DNA from: Methanosarcinaceae archaeon
GTDB lineage: Archaea; Halobacteriota; Methanosarcinia; Methanosarcinales; Methanosarcinaceae
Reading direction: 5' to 3'
Assembly (NCBI GenBank): GCA_016926455.1
Contig: JAFGOO010000074.1
Coordinates: 1 to 45,452 of the forward strand
DNA: 45,452 nt
Position numbers and translations under genes: made by a program. Below are positions 1 to 10,294 of this stretch, in pieces. The notes beneath the pieces are model-generated. The model was given only the letters and a program-made list of their open reading frames with translations, was not told the origin of the DNA and made no database searches. How positions within the stretch are numbered: the stretch's first letter is position 1; every line of letters starts with the position of its first letter.

Positions 1-297
1 GAATTCGGCACTGGAAAATTCGGGGGGTACGCAGCTGTTGAGGTTGAAATTATAGAGGAAGATGACATACTCAAGGGTATAGGTCCCAAAACATCAGTCT
101 GGGCATCACATGGAGATGAGGTTATGGTAATGCCCGAAGGGTTTATACAACTTGCACGTTCCGAGATATGCGAAATAGAAGCAATGTGTCACATCAAAAA
201 ACCAATTTACGGGGTTCAATGGCATCCAGAAGTAGTGCATACTGAAAAAGGTGATGAGCTGTTCATGAACTTTTTTGAAGTTTGTGAGAATTATTAA
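1..297 (+). CDS. guaAA: GMP synthase (glutamine-hydrolysing) subunit A, class-I glutamine amidotransferase; 5' end cut by window edge
   Basis: Frame 1 is open from nt 1 to TAA at 295-297, and is absent from the ORF track because no start lies in the window. The translation ...[10 protein letters not shown]...[17 protein letters not shown]... matches the C-terminal His/Glu region of type-1 GATases of split archaeal GuaA. Confidence 0.8.
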   Translation, partial: EFGTGKFGGYAAVEVEIIEEDDILKGIGPKTSVWASHGDEVMVMPEGFIQLARSEICEIEAMCHIKKPIYGVQWHPEVVHTEKGDELFMNFFEVCENY

Positions 298-420
298 TGC
301 TCCATCCAAAAGTATAAATGCAAAGGTATTAATAAGGCGGTACTGGAAATCACAGATTATAAATTATAATTAAATTCATAACCATGGGATATTACTGAAA
401 TATGCTGTTGGAGATTAACT

Positions 421-615
421 ATGGGAAATATTAGACAAACAAGCATTAAAAGAATAGCATTACGTTTATTAGAAAATCACAGAGACAATTTCACGACGGA
501 TTTTGATGAAAATAAAAATCTAGTTACTAAATATACGACAATTGAAGGCAAGGTCATCAGAAATCGTGTGGCAGGATATATAACACGAAAAATGACACAC
601 GTACACCAAGAATAA
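421..615 (+). CDS. rps17e: 30S ribosomal protein S17e
   Basis: 64-aa [23 protein letters not shown]...[12 protein letters not shown], typical of archaeal eS17 in length and N-terminal motif. Confidence 0.9.
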   Translation: MGNIRQTSIKRIALRLLENHRDNFTTDFDENKNLVTKYTTIEGKVIRNRVAGYITRKMTHVHQE

Positions 616-633
616 CCTAAGCGCAGGGATAAG

Positions 634-1512
634 ATGTTTGAAGGGGTCCTACCGGCACTTATTACTCCTTTCACAAAAGACGATACTATCGACAAAGACG
701 GTATCATAAAAAACCTTGCGTTTGTTGAAGAAGGCGGCGTTTCTGGAGTGGTTCCCAGCGGCACTACCGGAGAATCTGCAACACTTTCGACTGACGAACA
801 TAAGCAATTGATCGACATAGTGGTTGATTCTTCAAATGTATTTGTTATAGCTGGAACAGGCTCAAATAACACCGAAGAGGCTTTAGAACTTACGCAGCAT
901 GCAGAGGACGCAGGAGCTGACGGAGCACTTCTAATCTCACCATATTATAACAAACCGAACAAAGACGGACTGATCAGACATTTTAAGAAAATCGCTGAAT
1001 CCACTGAGCTGCCCCTGCTCTTATACAACGTCCCTTCACGCACAGGTCAGGATATGCCGGTTGATCTCATTGTTGAGCTTTCAAAGGTTGAAAACATTGT
1101 CGGAATCAAGGAAGCAAGTGGTAATCTTGAAAAAGTATCTCGGATAATTGAGAAAACCATTGATGAGGACTTTCTGGTCCTGTCAGGAGACGATGGACTG
1201 ACACTGCCCATAGTCTCAATTGGTGGCTACGGTGTGATATCAGTTGTCGCCAATATTGTTCCAGACAAGATGGTAAAACTTGTCAATTATGCACTTACTG
1301 GTGATATGGTGGCAGCCAGAGAAGTTCACTACGAAATTGCGCCGCTTATTCGTGCACTGTTTACGGAAACCAACCCGATACCTGTTAAACGTGCCATGGG
1401 ATTGATTGGACTTGCAAGCGGACACCTGAGACTACCCCTTGCTCCGTTGAGTAGCAAAAATGAACAGATATTGCTCGAAGCTCTGAGAACTGCGGGTGTG
1501 CTTCATGATTAA
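634..1512 (+). CDS. dapA: 4-hydroxy-tetrahydrodipicolinate synthase
   Basis: 292 aa with PALITPF...GTTGES...YNKP...LYNVPSRTG...IVGIKEASG (catalytic Lys context), the DapA family signature. Confidence 0.93.
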   Translation: MFEGVLPALITPFTKDDTIDKDGIIKNLAFVEEGGVSGVVPSGTTGESATLSTDEHKQLIDIVVDSSNVFVIAGTGSNNTEEALELTQHAEDAGADGALLISPYYNKPNKDGLIRHFKKIAESTELPLLLYNVPSRTGQDMPVDLIVELSKVENIVGIKEASGNLEKVSRIIEKTIDEDFLVLSGDDGLTLPIVSIGGYGVISVVANIVPDKMVKLVNYALTGDMVAAREVHYEIAPLIRALFTETNPIPVKRAMGLIGLASGHLRLPLAPLSSKNEQILLEALRTAGVLHD

Positions 1513-2296
1513 AGCAGCAGTGACAGGCGCATGCGGACAGATGGGTGGACTGATAATCCAGAATATTGTTAAAGCTGAAAATCTGCAACTATCCGCTGCC
1601 TTCGATATCGTTAATATCGGCAAGGATGCGGGTGAAGTGGCACATGCTGGGGCACTTAAAATCCCTATATCGGATGCAAGGAACATAAAAAACGTCTTGA
1701 TAGAAACAGACACCAATGTTCTGATAGATTTTACCATTGCAGATGCAACTGTTCACAATGCCCCTGCTGCAGCAGGATGCGGGGTCAACCTAATCATAGG
1801 CACAACAGGTCTTTCTCCTCATCAGAGGGCCATAATTGATGATGCGATTCTGAAGAATAACGTTTCAGCTGTTATATCGCCCAATTTTTCGGTGGGAGTT
1901 AACATTTTTTTTAATATCCTGAAGCAAACTGCAAAATACCTTTCCGATTATGACATAGAGATTATAGAAGCCCACCACAACAAAAAGAAAGATGCTCCAA
2001 GTGGTACTGCCATGAAGGCTGCCGATGTGATCAGTAAAACATTGGGCGACAAGGAGTACGTTTTTGGGCGGCACGGCACTGCGCCGAGGAATAAAGAAAT
2101 TGGAATCCATGCGGTACGAGGTGGCGATATCGTTGGGGATCACACTGTTCTGTTTGCAGGAGATGGTGAGCGTATCGAGATTAAGCATCAGGCACACTCA
2201 AGGAACATGTTTGCAGCCGGCGCTGTTAAAGCGGCTGAATGGGTTTGTGGCAAACAGCCCGGCGTCTATACTATGGACGATATACTGGGGATTTGA
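1505..2296 (+). CDS. dapB: 4-hydroxy-tetrahydrodipicolinate reductase
   Basis: MIKAAVTGACGQMGG Rossmann N-terminus and the EAHHNKKKDAPSGTA DapB signature. The ORF opens at 1496, but ATG 1505 gives the canonical N-terminus and overlaps the dapA stop. Confidence 0.9.
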   Translation: MIKAAVTGACGQMGGLIIQNIVKAENLQLSAAFDIVNIGKDAGEVAHAGALKIPISDARNIKNVLIETDTNVLIDFTIADATVHNAPAAAGCGVNLIIGTTGLSPHQRAIIDDAILKNNVSAVISPNFSVGVNIFFNILKQTAKYLSDYDIEIIEAHHNKKKDAPSGTAMKAADVISKTLGDKEYVFGRHGTAPRNKEIGIHAVRGGDIVGDHTVLFAGDGERIEIKHQAHSRNMFAAGAVKAAEWVCGKQPGVYTMDDILGI

Positions 2297-2379
2297 AGTA
2301 AATAGACAAGTTTCAGAAAAGGAATCTTAGAAGGGGTGAAGGAAGATTAAATATACCTCCAGTAGCATCTATTGCTCAA

Positions 2380-3840
2380 ATGTCAACGATATTTGAAATT
2401 GTCCACAAGGATGCTGCAGGGCGTATCGGCAGGCTCACAACACCTCACGGGATAGTGGAAACGCCTACTGTCATGCCTGTAATCAACCCGAACATCCAAC
2501 TGATAAAATCACATGAAATGAGAGGTTTCGGTGCAGAGGTTCTTATCACAAATTCCTATATTATCTACCGCAGGGATGAACTCCGGGAGTGTGCCTTAAA
2601 AAATGGTTTGCATTCACTTCTTGGATTTGACGGTCCAATCATGACGGATTCGGGGTCTTTTCAGTTATCTATCTACGGTGAAGTGGAAGTCACCAATGAA
2701 CAGATCATTAAGTTCCAGCAAAAGATAGGCTCGGATATCGGTGTGCCACTGGATATCCCAACACCTCCAGATGTTTCACGTTCCCGGGTAGAATCTGAAC
2801 TTGCAACAACCATGGAGCGCTTGACAGAGGCGCGTAAGATCGTGACCGATGGTATGCTACTTGCAGGACCGGTGCAGGGTTCTACGTATAAGGACCTGCG
2901 GGAAAAATGTGCCAGAACGCTTTCAGAACTTGATTTTGACGTGTATCCACTGGGAGCAGTGGTTCCGCTGATGGAATCTTACCGGTATGCTGACCTTGTA
3001 GACGTGATAGTATCCTCCAAAAAAGGACTCCATCCAACATCTCCTGTCCATCTTTTCGGTGCCGGGCATCCCATGATGTTCGCGCTTGCGGTTGCAATTG
3101 GATGCGACCTCTTTGATTCTGCTGCCTATGCACTGTACGCAAAGGACGCCCGCTACATCACATCAAACGGGACATACCATCTTGAGGACCTGCACTACCT
3201 GCCGTGCTCATGCCCAGTATGCTCATCCCATACTGCAGAAGAGATTAAAAACGCTGATAACCGTGAGGAACTCCTTGCACGACACAACCTTTATGTGACA
3301 TTCGAGGAGATGCGGCTTGTAAAACAATCGATAAAAGATGGTAACCTGCTGGAACTGGTAGAACTGCGCTGCCGTGCTCACCCCAGACTTCTGGAGGGAC
3401 TCAAACAGGCATACAGTTATTCGGCTTGGCTTGAAAAATACGATCGCACGTCAAAATCCACATTCTTCTACTGTGGATCGGAATCTGCAAACCGCCCTGA
3501 AATCCTGCGGTTCTCCAACCGGATGGACCGCTTTACGATTACAGGTTCTGCCATCATACGTGCAACCGAAACAAAAGACGACAGCAAATACGACAACGTA
3601 CTGGTATTCAAACCGCCCTTCGGAGCGTTCCCTGTTGAACTTGGTGAGGTATATCCCTTCAATGCAGAAGTTGTAAGTAACCCTGATAATGAAGCAGTTG
3701 AGCGGGGACTCCTGAATACAATCAAGCTGATAGAACTGAACCCTGAAGCCGAGTTTACTTTTGTTATTGAGGAAAGATTTAAACACCCTTTAATCGGCTT
3801 GCTGGCAGAGATTGCAAATGTTGTGGAGTTTGAAAGATGA
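2380..3840 (+). CDS. tgtA: archaeosine tRNA-guanine transglycosylase (tRNA-guanine(15) transglycosylase)
   Basis: FEI..DAAGRIGRLTTPHG..TPTVMPV N-terminus, MTDSGSFQ catalytic motif and CSCPVCS...H zinc site. Confidence 0.85.
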   Translation: MSTIFEIVHKDAAGRIGRLTTPHGIVETPTVMPVINPNIQLIKSHEMRGFGAEVLITNSYIIYRRDELRECALKNGLHSLLGFDGPIMTDSGSFQLSIYGEVEVTNEQIIKFQQKIGSDIGVPLDIPTPPDVSRSRVESELATTMERLTEARKIVTDGMLLAGPVQGSTYKDLREKCARTLSELDFDVYPLGAVVPLMESYRYADLVDVIVSSKKGLHPTSPVHLFGAGHPMMFALAVAIGCDLFDSAAYALYAKDARYITSNGTYHLEDLHYLPCSCPVCSSHTAEEIKNADNREELLARHNLYVTFEEMRLVKQSIKDGNLLELVELRCRAHPRLLEGLKQAYSYSAWLEKYDRTSKSTFFYCGSESANRPEILRFSNRMDRFTITGSAIIRATETKDDSKYDNVLVFKPPFGAFPVELGEVYPFNAEVVSNPDNEAVERGLLNTIKLIELNPEAEFTFVIEERFKHPLIGLLAEIANVVEFER

Positions 3841-5351
3841 AAAACGATAAAAATACAAACAAAAGCACAAAACATCTGCTGATCTTAGGGACTGCTTCTC
3901 ATGTGGGCAAGAGTGCAGTCGTCACAGCACTCTGTAGGATACTGTCCGAAGAATGGAGAGTGGTGCCTTTCAAGGCACAGAACATGAGCCTTAACTCATG
4001 GATAACTAAAGACGGTAAAGAGATCGGGATTGCACAGGCCATACAGGCAAAGGCTGCTGGTATTGAGCCTACTGTCGATATGAACCCTGTACTGTTAAAA
4101 CCCAAAGGGGATCGTCTTTCGCAGGTGATAATTCTGGGTGAGCCCTATGCGGACAAAGAGGCAGGTGAATACTACGGTTCAATTGAAAAAATGCATGATG
4201 TTCTCCGGGGTGCACTTGAAAGGCTTGAAAATGAGTACGATATCATAGTGATGGAAGGTGCCGGTGGGGCAGCAGAAATCAACCTTTATGACAGGGATAT
4301 CGTGAACATCGGAACTGCCAGGCTTACCAGTACTCCGATTATCATTGTGGGTGACATTGAACGCGGAGGCGTCTTTGCAAGCCTGTACGGAACCATCGAG
4401 CTCCTGCCCCCTGATGTGCGTGCAAATGTCAAGGGATTCATTATCAACAAGTTCAGGGGCGACCCTGCTATCCTTGAGCCGGGACTTCGTGAACTTGAAG
4501 AGCTTACAGGAATCCCGGTAATTGGAGTGCTTCCGTATTTTAACATCCGGATACCGTCCGAGGATTCGGTTTCAATTGGTGATAAAACCGATAAAATGAA
4601 GCAATCCCTGAAAAGATCCAGAAGTAACGACATTTACAGTGTTGAAATCGCAGTGATTCGTTTTCCGAGGATTTCCAATTTTACGGATTTCGAGCCGCTT
4701 GAGAATCTGGCGCATGTAAGGTATGTTGAACTTGATGAGGAACTCGGAACACCGGACGCTGTGATACTACCCGGAACAAAGAACACCATCAGCGACCTTT
4801 ACGACCTAAGACAGAGCGGAATGGACGTGCAGATCAAAAGACTCAAAGGCAACGTACCTATCATCGGCATATGTGGGGGATACCAAATGCTTGGTAAAAG
4901 AATCGTTGATTCGGGAATCGAAAACGGTGAGGCTGTACAGGTAGATGGACTGGGACTGCTGGATATTACAACCACCTTTGACGCATATGAGAAGACCACA
5001 ACGCAGGTTACCAAGACCATCAACGGTGGTGGTGCTATCCTTGAGTCAATTAAAGGGGAGACCATTTCCGGCTATGAGATTCACATGGGAGTTACCGAAT
5101 CACCAACTCCTGTCTTCGGGGACGACGGCTGCGTGGATGAATCAGTACTTGTGATTGGCACGTACCTGCATGGACTGTTCGACAATGAGAATGTGCGACG
5201 CGCATTTCTAACATACCTTCTCGAGAAAAAAGGACTAACATACCAGCCACCAGACGATGACTCAAAAGAGCGTGCTTACTCTGAACTTGCAGAACTTGTC
5301 CGCCGAAATCTGGACATGGAGCTGATTTACAGGATTACGGGGCTTCAGTAG
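3837..5351 (+). CDS. cobQ: cobyric acid synthase (CobQ/CbiP)
   Basis: GTASHVGKS P-loop-like CobQ N-domain plus a C-terminal GATase-3 domain (GICGGYQMLG...GYEIHMG). The ATGA start overlaps the tgtA stop. Confidence 0.9.
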   Translation: MKNDKNTNKSTKHLLILGTASHVGKSAVVTALCRILSEEWRVVPFKAQNMSLNSWITKDGKEIGIAQAIQAKAAGIEPTVDMNPVLLKPKGDRLSQVIILGEPYADKEAGEYYGSIEKMHDVLRGALERLENEYDIIVMEGAGGAAEINLYDRDIVNIGTARLTSTPIIIVGDIERGGVFASLYGTIELLPPDVRANVKGFIINKFRGDPAILEPGLRELEELTGIPVIGVLPYFNIRIPSEDSVSIGDKTDKMKQSLKRSRSNDIYSVEIAVIRFPRISNFTDFEPLENLAHVRYVELDEELGTPDAVILPGTKNTISDLYDLRQSGMDVQIKRLKGNVPIIGICGGYQMLGKRIVDSGIENGEAVQVDGLGLLDITTTFDAYEKTTTQVTKTINGGGAILESIKGETISGYEIHMGVTESPTPVFGDDGCVDESVLVIGTYLHGLFDNENVRRAFLTYLLEKKGLTYQPPDDDSKERAYSELAELVRRNLDMELIYRITGLQ

Positions 5352-5486
5352 TTAATAGGGATGAATCTGGCTAATTTCGATTGATAGACAAACGTAACCA
5401 ATAAAAGAAATTAATTTTATGAAATAATTTCTAATTTAACCTACATTTCCAATAAAATAATAGTCAACTAACCCTATATTATCAAC

Positions 5487-6131
5487 CTACCCCCGCAACG
5501 TAGCCATGATATCCACCAACGCCTCACCGACCCCCGTGATGACGAACTGGACTGCTACGGTGGCGAGTAGGAGACCCATAATCCTTACTATTACCATGGT
5601 GCCGGTGTGGCCAAGACGGTCAAAAATCTTTTCTGATCTGGACAAAATGAAATACGAAAGAGTATAGACAAGAGCGATGTCAATAAAAAGAAGAATCTGC
5701 TCTGTAATACTGGCTGCCGTATTGAAAAGCACGATTCCTGTTGTTATGGCTCCTGGACCTGTTAGCAAGGGTACAGCAAGTGGCGTTACCACTAAATCAT
5801 CCTTCTTTAATGCCTCTGCCTCTTCCTTTGCGCTGCTCTTCGTTCCCGGTCTCCTACCTAAAAGCATTTCTATAGCAATTATGAATAACAGGATACCACC
5901 CGCTATCCTGAAAGAGTACATCTCTATACCTAGATATTCAAAAATCTTGTTGCCGGCAATTGTAAAGATTGCAAGCACAATAGCCGCCACAATCACTGCT
6001 TTTTTCACCATGTTATGGCGGTCTTTCTGCCCGAATTCGCTGAGAATGGACGTGAAAACAGGCACGTTCACAACTGGGTCCACTATGATAAAAAGCGAAA
6101 TGAAAGAGGATAAGGCAAAGTTTAGACCCAT
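5487..6131 (-). CDS. MarC-family (UPF0056) integral membrane protein
   Basis: 214 aa, about six hydrophobic helices; the N-terminal FISLFIIVDPVVNVPVF motif is typical of the MarC family. Confidence 0.75.
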   Translation of the reverse strand: MGLNFALSSFISLFIIVDPVVNVPVFTSILSEFGQKDRHNMVKKAVIVAAIVLAIFTIAGNKIFEYLGIEMYSFRIAGGILLFIIAIEMLLGRRPGTKSSAKEEAEALKKDDLVVTPLAVPLLTGPGAITTGIVLFNTAASITEQILLFIDIALVYTLSYFILSRSEKIFDRLGHTGTMVIVRIMGLLLATVAVQFVITGVGEALVDIMATLRG

Positions 6132-6224
6132 TAACCGCTATTTCTGCTTCCAAACGTTTATATTTTGTGATTCTTGCAGATTCCTTGAGTTTTATGCGAA
6201 ATACTTATATCTAATGCATTCATT

Positions 6225-6251
6225 TGTACATTAGTGTACATGATTGTACAT
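6225..6251 (+). promoter_or_regulatory. three tandem TGTACAT boxes in exact 10-bp phase just upstream of trpD (TRP-box-like candidate operator)
   Basis: TGTACAT occurs at 6225-6231, 6235-6241 and 6245-6251. These lie downstream of an A/T-rich TATA-like CTTATATC (6204-6211) and 24 nt before ATG 6275. Confidence 0.5.
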
Positions 6252-6274
6252 TAATATTACAGATGGTGTCCATA

Positions 6275-7270
6275 ATGAAATCATGCATTCAGAAAATAAG
6301 CGAAGGAAAGGACCTCAAAATAACAGAGGCTGAGAAGGCGATAACAAAAATATTCAATAGTGCCACAGATGCACAGATAGGTGCATTCCTGATGGCACTG
6401 AAAATGAAAGGAGAGACACCATATGAGATTGCTGGGTTTGTAAAGGGAATGAAAAAAGCGGCAAACCTCATCTACCCAAATGTCGACGGCGTGCTTGTAG
6501 ACACCTGTGGAACAGGCGGTGACATCCACAACACCATCAATGTCTCAACAGCTGCAGCCATCATAACAGCAGCTTCAGGGGTGTCCGTTGCGAAACACGG
6601 TAACTACTCTATCACATCCCTCTCAGGCAGCGCTGACGTGCTAAAAGAACTCGGGATCAAGATAGACCATACACCAAACAATGTAAAAAAGTCCATAGAG
6701 AACACTGGTATCGGGTTCATGCTTGCACCGGTGTTCCACCCTGCAATGAAAAGAGTGGCAGGTCCAAGGAAGGAACTGAGCGTACGGACGGTCTTCAATA
6801 TTCTGGGACCGCTCACAAATCCTGCCAGCGCGACCGCTCAGTTGATAGGGGTATATGACAAGAACTTGTGTGAAACCCTTGCTCAGGTGCTCAAGATAAT
6901 CGGTACAAAACATGCACTGGTCGTAAACGGTGATGGCATGGACGAGATATCCAACATTTCTGATACCTATGTTGCAGAACTCAAAAACGGCGCAATCTCA
7001 ACCTACACAATGACACCTGAAGAACTTGGCATCAAACGGGCTAAAGCAAACGAAATTGTAGGTGGCACTCCAAAGGAGAACGCTCAGGATATTAACTACA
7101 TCCTCAAAGGTGAAAAAGGACCAAAAAGGGACATTGTTGTTATCAATGCCTCCGCAGCCCTATATGTGGCTGGCAAGGCGGATTCCATCAAGAATGCCAT
7201 TCCAATAGTAGAGGATTTAATCGACAGCGGTAAAGCCCTAGAAAAGCTCAACGAGTTCAGGGAAATTTAA
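6275..7270 (+). CDS. trpD: anthranilate phosphoribosyltransferase
   Basis: The GAFLMALKMKGET, DTCGTGGD and NILGPLTNP motifs. The ORF opens at 6224, but its first 17 codons run through the TGTACA repeats, so ATG 6275 (or 6263) is preferred. Confidence 0.9.
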   Translation: MKSCIQKISEGKDLKITEAEKAITKIFNSATDAQIGAFLMALKMKGETPYEIAGFVKGMKKAANLIYPNVDGVLVDTCGTGGDIHNTINVSTAAAIITAASGVSVAKHGNYSITSLSGSADVLKELGIKIDHTPNNVKKSIENTGIGFMLAPVFHPAMKRVAGPRKELSVRTVFNILGPLTNPASATAQLIGVYDKNLCETLAQVLKIIGTKHALVVNGDGMDEISNISDTYVAELKNGAISTYTMTPEELGIKRAKANEIVGGTPKENAQDINYILKGEKGPKRDIVVINASAALYVAGKADSIKNAIPIVEDLIDSGKALEKLNEFREI

Positions 7271-7290
7271 AATAAAGGCTAGGCTGTCAA

Positions 7291-7995
7291 ATGAAAGTTG
7301 CAAATAAACAGGCCCCACGAGTGAAAATCTGTGGCATGAAATCTGCTGAGGACATCGAACTTGCGGTCAGGTGCGGTGCAAATGCTGTCGGTTTAATCGC
7401 GGATGTACCTGTGGACACACCCCGAAAAATTGACACCGAAACAGCAATAGAACTGGCTTCCCATGTCCCTCTTTTTGTAGATTGCGTGCTTGTTATCATG
7501 CCTGCTGACGGTGAGCAGGCGGTCGGGATGATCGATACAGTCAAACCGGATGTTGTCCAGCTCCACAGCGACCTTAGTGTCGATAATCTTCAATTCATCC
7601 GGGACAACACCGGTGCAGGCATCGTAAAAACATTCTCGATTCCTGTTAGCACAACAAGTTCAGCTCATGAAGCTGTCGAACAGGTGGTAAATGGTATCAA
7701 CGACCTTATAGACCGCGACCTTGCAGACGGCATCCTGCTGGACTCCAGCAAAGCAGGAAAGGTAGGCGGTACGGGTGTAGCACACGACTGGTCCATCAGC
7801 AGGGTAATTGTGGAGAACGTGGACATCCCCGTGATTCTTGCAGGCGGACTCAAACCCTACAATGTACGAGATGCAGTTCTCCAAGTTCACCCCTATGCAG
7901 TGGATACTTCGTCTGGTATCGAGACTAACGGCAAAAAGGACGGCGCAAAGATGTGCAGATTCGTAAAAGAGGCAAAATGTGAGGTGTCCCAATGA
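7291..7995 (+). CDS. trpF: phosphoribosylanthranilate isomerase
   Basis: RVKICGM N-terminus, ...VQLHS..., LAGGL and VDTSSGIE motifs of TrpF. Confidence 0.88.
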   Translation: MKVANKQAPRVKICGMKSAEDIELAVRCGANAVGLIADVPVDTPRKIDTETAIELASHVPLFVDCVLVIMPADGEQAVGMIDTVKPDVVQLHSDLSVDNLQFIRDNTGAGIVKTFSIPVSTTSSAHEAVEQVVNGINDLIDRDLADGILLDSSKAGKVGGTGVAHDWSISRVIVENVDIPVILAGGLKPYNVRDAVLQVHPYAVDTSSGIETNGKKDGAKMCRFVKEAKCEVSQ

Positions 7996-9641
7996 TCAAC
8001 TTTGACCTTGACATAGAAGAGTTTTTAGGACTTGTAAATAATGAAACAGGTATTTACGCACCTGCATTTGTGCAACTTATGGCGAAAGTCAGGGTTGAGT
8101 GCTCACCCCTTAATCTATATTCAGTGTTGCAACATGCCAGATACTCCTACCTACTCGAGTCAGTTGAAAAAGAGAAGCGACATGCAAGGTTCTCTTTTGT
8201 GGGCGCAGACCCTGATGTGGTGGTTAGTATCAAGAATCGGGTCCTTACACTGGATTTTTCAACAGATTCAATAAAAAAATCCAGAAACAGTCCAATCGAA
8301 TCGGGGCTTGTGGATTATATTCAATCAAAAGTTGCCCAGGTATGCACAGTCGAAGTGGTAGGGAACGGCATTCTGCACGCCCAAATAAATGAAGGAATTG
8401 ATGTACTGGATGCTTTTCGTGCGGTTTTCCCCACAGCAAACGGTACTGTGCTCCTGAACCAGAAACGTTTCGATAGACAGACCTTCCTTGGTGGTGCGAT
8501 TGGCTACAATGGTTATGACATCGTGTATGACAGCTGGTTGGATATCGAAAAAAAATTTGAGTCAGAGGTTCCTGATATGCAGTTCGCAATTACAACAAGG
8601 ACATTCATGTTCGATCATCTGACATATGATACCTACATCGTGATCACCCCCTTCGTGACCACTGGATGTGACCCTAAATATGTATATGAAAATGCTGTAT
8701 TGGATGCGGAATTGATGTGTGAATATCTGGTAATGGCAGCAGAAACCGAAGCTGCAGATAGAACATCATGCAATGATATAGAAATTATGACACTGTCTCA
8801 TCCCGCCTGTAATATGAAACGAAAAGAGTTCGAGAACGCAGTCCTAGTCGCAAAAAAGCATATCATCGATGGGGATATCTTCCAGGTTGTGCTTTCAAGA
8901 AGGTATTCGGTTAAGATTAAACAGAATCCCCTTGAACTCTACAAAACACTACGAAAGATAAACCCGAGCCCTTATATGTACCTCTTCAAGTTCAGCGATC
9001 TTGCAATTGTAGGTGCTAGTCCAGAAACTCTCATGACGGTACACCAGCGCAAAGTTATCACGAACCCCATAGCAGGAACATGCCCTCGAATTGGAAACGA
9101 AGAAGAGGACGCTGAATCTGCCCGGAGGATGCTAGATGATGAAAAGGAGTGCGCTGAACATGTAATGCTGGTGGATCTAGGTAGAAACGACGTGCGCATG
9201 GTGTCCAAAAGTGGCACCATCAAGGTCGACGATTTCATGTCGGTTGTAAAATACTCACACGTGCAACATATCGAAAGCACGGTAAGTGGCGTTCTACAAG
9301 ATGAATGTGACCAGTTCGATGCAACAAGGGCGATATTCCCTGCAGGAACGCTATCTGGGGCGCCAAAGATACGGGCAATGGAGATTATCGACAGTCTTGA
9401 GACTGCCGCCCGTGGTATCTATGGCGGAGGTGTTGGGTATTATTCCTGGAACGGGGATGCCGATTTTGCGATAGTCATTAGGACCATAATCCTGAAAGAT
9501 GACACTGCTTACGTCCAAGCAGGTGCCGGAATCGTCGCGGATTCGGATCCCACATATGAATACAATGAAACCGAACGCAAGATGGCAGCAATGATCAATG
9601 CTATTGGAAGTAGTCTAACTAGGACCAGAGGCAAACAATGA
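7992..9641 (+). CDS. trpE: anthranilate synthase component I
   Basis: LLESV N-terminal Trp-feedback motif and a chorismate-binding domain (IFQVVLSRR, NPSPYMY, GASPE, FPAGTLSGAPK, GIYGGGVGY). ATGA overlap with trpF. Confidence 0.93.
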   Translation: MINFDLDIEEFLGLVNNETGIYAPAFVQLMAKVRVECSPLNLYSVLQHARYSYLLESVEKEKRHARFSFVGADPDVVVSIKNRVLTLDFSTDSIKKSRNSPIESGLVDYIQSKVAQVCTVEVVGNGILHAQINEGIDVLDAFRAVFPTANGTVLLNQKRFDRQTFLGGAIGYNGYDIVYDSWLDIEKKFESEVPDMQFAITTRTFMFDHLTYDTYIVITPFVTTGCDPKYVYENAVLDAELMCEYLVMAAETEAADRTSCNDIEIMTLSHPACNMKRKEFENAVLVAKKHIIDGDIFQVVLSRRYSVKIKQNPLELYKTLRKINPSPYMYLFKFSDLAIVGASPETLMTVHQRKVITNPIAGTCPRIGNEEEDAESARRMLDDEKECAEHVMLVDLGRNDVRMVSKSGTIKVDDFMSVVKYSHVQHIESTVSGVLQDECDQFDATRAIFPAGTLSGAPKIRAMEIIDSLETAARGIYGGGVGYYSWNGDADFAIVIRTIILKDDTAYVQAGAGIVADSDPTYEYNETERKMAAMINAIGSSLTRTRGKQ

Positions 9642-10237
9642 AAGTACTTTTCATAAACAACAAGGACTCCTTTGTATGGAACCTAGTGGACTATGTCTCG
9701 CTATTTGAACCTGAAACCTTGGTAGTACCGAACACCGTTTCTATCGAGGAAGTAAAAAGCATACATCCGGATGCAATCGTGGTGTCGCCGGGTCCTGGAA
9801 ACCCTCAAAATACATATGACATCGGCACATGTAATGATATCATCCGTGAGTTTGGTGCAGAAACCCCGATACTTGGTGTATGCCTTGGACACCAAGCAAT
9901 AAACACCGCATTTGGAGGTACCATTGGACACGCAAAGAATGGTCCTGTCCATGGTAAAACATCCAGTATTATACACACTAAATGTTCACTCTTTGACGGA
10001 ATCCCAAATTCGTTCAAAGGAGGTAGATATCATTCTCTTTCAATAGATAAACTTGCACCAGATCTTGAGGTAATTGCAATGTCAGATGACGGAATCATTA
10101 TGGGCATCAAACACAGCAGATATCCGATCTATGGTGTCCAGTTCCACCCGGAATCGGTGCTCACTTCCAACGGACTGAAATTCATCGAGAATTTTCTGAT
10201 AATCGCAGGGAACATGCAAAAAACACACAACCATTAA
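9638..10237 (+). CDS. trpG: anthranilate synthase component II (glutamine amidotransferase)
   Basis: PILGVCLGHQ catalytic Cys and GVQFHPES His/Glu motifs. ATGA overlap with trpE. Confidence 0.93.
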   Translation: MKVLFINNKDSFVWNLVDYVSLFEPETLVVPNTVSIEEVKSIHPDAIVVSPGPGNPQNTYDIGTCNDIIREFGAETPILGVCLGHQAINTAFGGTIGHAKNGPVHGKTSSIIHTKCSLFDGIPNSFKGGRYHSLSIDKLAPDLEVIAMSDDGIIMGIKHSRYPIYGVQFHPESVLTSNGLKFIENFLIIAGNMQKTHNH

Positions 10238-10294
10238 CAGCTTATAACCATTATAGGGATAACTATTAACAGATAGTATTCCTATCTTTAGAAC

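Noticed and set aside
5677-6234. 185-aa ORF antisense to the MarC-family gene
   Set aside because: The opposite strand encodes a coherent six-helix membrane protein with family motifs. This frame has none and runs into the trp promoter.
6224-6274. Upstream ATG extending trpD by 17 codons
   Set aside because: The extension is made of the TGTACAT repeats (MYISVHDCTLIL...), so it reads as operator DNA, not protein. TrpD homology begins after ATG 6275.
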